The translations under genes and the position numbers were made by a program. A stretch of 63,976 nt of DNA, the filler included, from Olpidium bornovanus S191 (Eukaryota; Fungi; Olpidiomycota), in assembly GCA_017911155.1 (NCBI GenBank). It is 27 parts of 27 records of this genome, joined end to end, with 100 filler letters (N's around TTAATTAATTAA, not from the genome) between each part and the next. Parts side by side here need not be neighbours in the genome. Positions count along the whole stretch, not along the records: positions 61,717 to 62,773 come from JAEFCI010009658.1; positions 62,874 to 63,976 come from JAEFCI010010803.1; 25 more parts are not named here. One strand, written 5' to 3'. Within the stretch, counting starts at the first letter, position 1. Every line of letters begins with the position of its first letter. Of this stretch, positions 61,938 through 63,976 are shown piece by piece. The notes under the pieces are model-generated. The model ran no database searches. It saw nothing but the letters and a program-made list of their open reading frames with translations, and had not been told where the DNA came from.

Positions 61938-62274
61938 CGTCTTCAACAAACGGCGCTCTCGACATAAATTCGCTTTGCCGTCCAAAAAAACTTAGTTACA
62001 GACCACAGCGGTTTTTAAGACAAATCCCGCACATGCCACGCTCGTTGGCGTCAACGTTGTTGGTGCCCGCAACAAGCAATGGCTGCACGCGCCAAACTTC
62101 TGTAATGTCATGTAAAACCGCTGTGGTCTGTAACTAAGTTTTTTTGGACGGCAAAGCGAATTTCTGTCGAGAGCGCCGTTTGTTGAAGACGTTTGGCGCG
62201 TGCAGCCATTGCTTGTTGCGGGCACCAACAACGTTGACGCCAACGAGCGTGGCGTGTGCGGGATTTGTCTTAAA
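61938..62274. repeat. Interleaved inverted repeats A-B-spacer-A'-B'
   Basis: A 61938-62015 pairs with 62114-62191 (78 bp, 1 mismatch). B 62014-62097 pairs with 62191-62274 (84 bp, 1 mismatch). Confidence 0.95.
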
Positions 62275-62873
62275 GATATTGACAGGTTCTTCGGGCGGCG
62301 CGTCGGGCGCGTCGGGGCGCTTCGAGCTCCGCGTCCAGAACATCACGCAAACGTTTCTGTCAGGCGTGCGCTCTTATAAAATTACTACCAAGTCGAAATG
62401 CTTTATGTATTTTACGATAGTAGATGCTGCACGGGCATTGGTAGATTCTAGCAGCAGACAAATTAGGACTTAGGTCCTAAATCCGTCACGAGCACTGGCA
62501 ACAAAATCGCCGCGCGTCAAGTTTCGCGACGCCCGGGCGGCAGAAGTTTATATCCGCGTGACCCGATTTTCGGCGCACGGGCCGTTTTGCGCTTGTGCGG
62601 AAAGTGGACGGGGCCCCCCGCTCCCCCCCCCCCCCCTCCCCCCCCTCCCCCCGCCTTTGTGTACACACAACCCGCATCACTGTCTGAGGGAATTACAGGC
62701 AAAGCGTTTTTTTCCATCTCCCACCCCGCTCGCGGTGGTCGCGGGGGGGGGGGGGGGGGGCCCTTTTTGGGTGNNNNNNNNNNNNNNNNNNNNNNNNNNN
62801 NNNNNNNNNNNNNNNNNTTAATTAATTAANNNNNNNNNNNNNNNNNNNNNNNNNNNNNNNNNNNNNNNNNNNN

Positions 62874-63430
62874 CATGACATCACGTGACTGGCGCAGCAG
62901 TCTCCGCTTATCTTGGGAGCAACCACAACGCCAAGTGATTAAACAGTTTGGCCGTTTGCAGGAAAGAGGCTTGACGGCGCAGCCGTGACGCCAGCGCCAC
63001 GACGCGGCCACAGACTGCGACTTGCTGCTGGCGAGCAACCGGCGTTCATTACCATTCCTCTACGTTGACGGCCTCACGATCACCGGCAGCAACCCGACAT
63101 TGATTGTTTGGGAAAACAAGCGGTCAAGATCGTGTTTAGAACAGCGTGGTCGTAAGTTTCATTTTTACTTGCGTATCCGGATCTTACGCTGCCCGAAACA
63201 GTGATATTTTGGTGAGATCGGCAGCATTACGTCGAACAGCTGCTCGATTGCGTCGAGCTCGGCAAAGCAACACCGACGCTGAAGCTGCTCGAGCCGAACG
63301 TTCAGCTTTTTCCTCTCGTGCCGAGGACGAACCGGCCGCTCACACGCGGTTGTACCAAACAACTGTTTGGTCTCTCCCCTTACCTTTGCCGGGTGTACTC
63401 GGCGGCGTATGCGATTGGGGTGGAGCCCCC
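62874..63430 (+). mobile_element. Highly degenerate Ty1/copia reverse transcriptase
   Basis: Fragments WEQPQRQVIKQF, FLYVDGLTITGSN (decayed YVDD), FYLRIRI, RLYQTTVWSL and AYAIGV, broken by stops and frameshifts. Confidence 0.7.
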
Positions 63431-63976
63431 GGGCGCCCCGGGGCGCGCCCCGTTGGAAATAAAGGGGGAACCAGCTGCGGGCGGACCCACAGCGAACACC
63501 AACCCCTGTTGCCCCTTTAGAGACTTCGTAGTTTCGCGGCACATAAAACAGGTATAGAAGAGATAGCAACGCCACGCCCCGAATACAGTTCTTATCTCGG
63601 CTCTCTTCTCACGGGCTGGCTGCGGGCTCTCCCGGTTTCTTTGGGTTCTCCTTCCGGCTCCACGAGACAACAGGCTCCCCCCATCTCACCCCTTCGTTCC
63701 CTGCTCCCCGTCTTCCCCGCCCCTTCGCCCTCGCCCCACTCTCCCGGCCGCTCTCCGCTTTCTTCCCCCCTCCCCCGAACACTGCGGAGGGCAGGAGGGA
63801 AGGAGTTAGCTAAGGTGTAGGCACGTTAAGTCCGCGGGTGGGGTGCGGGGAGTTGGCATGAACTTGGAGCCAAGGAGAAAAAAAAATTCTAACGCGGACG
63901 GCTGAGATACTCCTTACCATTCCGTGCGTCAACGTCGCCAGTGTCGTTCAAATCATCCTTGTATAAAGCATAATCC

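Overview
This is not one continuous locus. It is a pseudo-scaffold of 27 short contigs joined by identical 100-bp linkers (44 N + TTAATTAATTAA + 44 N). Contigs: 1-3085, 3186-6353, 6454-7686, 7787-14948, 15049-20308, 20409-24598, 24699-26246, 26347-27429, 27530-29200, 29301-30613, 30714-32032, 32133-36181, 36282-38493, 38594-40607, 40708-41918, 42019-45475, 45576-46758, 46859-49193, 49294-50557, 50658-52299, 52400-54908, 55009-56365, 56466-57662, 57763-58859, 58960-61616, 61717-62773, 62874-63976. Adjacency across linkers has no biological meaning. The DNA is GC-rich, intron-rich and eukaryotic. Fungal markers (KRE2/MNT1, HOM3, HeH/Src1, OPT) together with a slowly evolving beta-tubulin and a BRCC36 homologue point to an early-diverging fungus; an Olpidium-like identity is my inference and is unverified. 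Recognisable genes, mostly partial: CLU1, a DUF4211/CCDC82-like gene, DUF1295, an OPT transporter, a Kelch-TM protein, SRC1/HEH1, mnmA/SLM3, a Caprin/YAG7-like RGG protein, HOM3, psuG, BRCC36, a GT15 mannosyltransferase, alkaline ceramidase, beta-tubulin, an ACBD6-like gene, pICln/LOT5, DUF2985 and tRNA-Phe(GAA). There are also Ty3/gypsy and Ty1/copia remnants. The most unusual observations are: (1) a circularly permuted inverted duplication (A-B-spacer-A'-B') at 61938-62274; (2) an 8-nt microexon carrying the first catalytic JAMM His of BRCC36; (3) a 100-aa secreted 8-Cys protein with a 34-bp minisatellite upstream and a palindromic two-way AATAAA; (4) strong enrichment of CATG at contig ends. 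Most ORFs in the supplied track are GC-rich shadow frames. Exon boundaries were read by eye, and family assignments come from motif recognition, not database searches.
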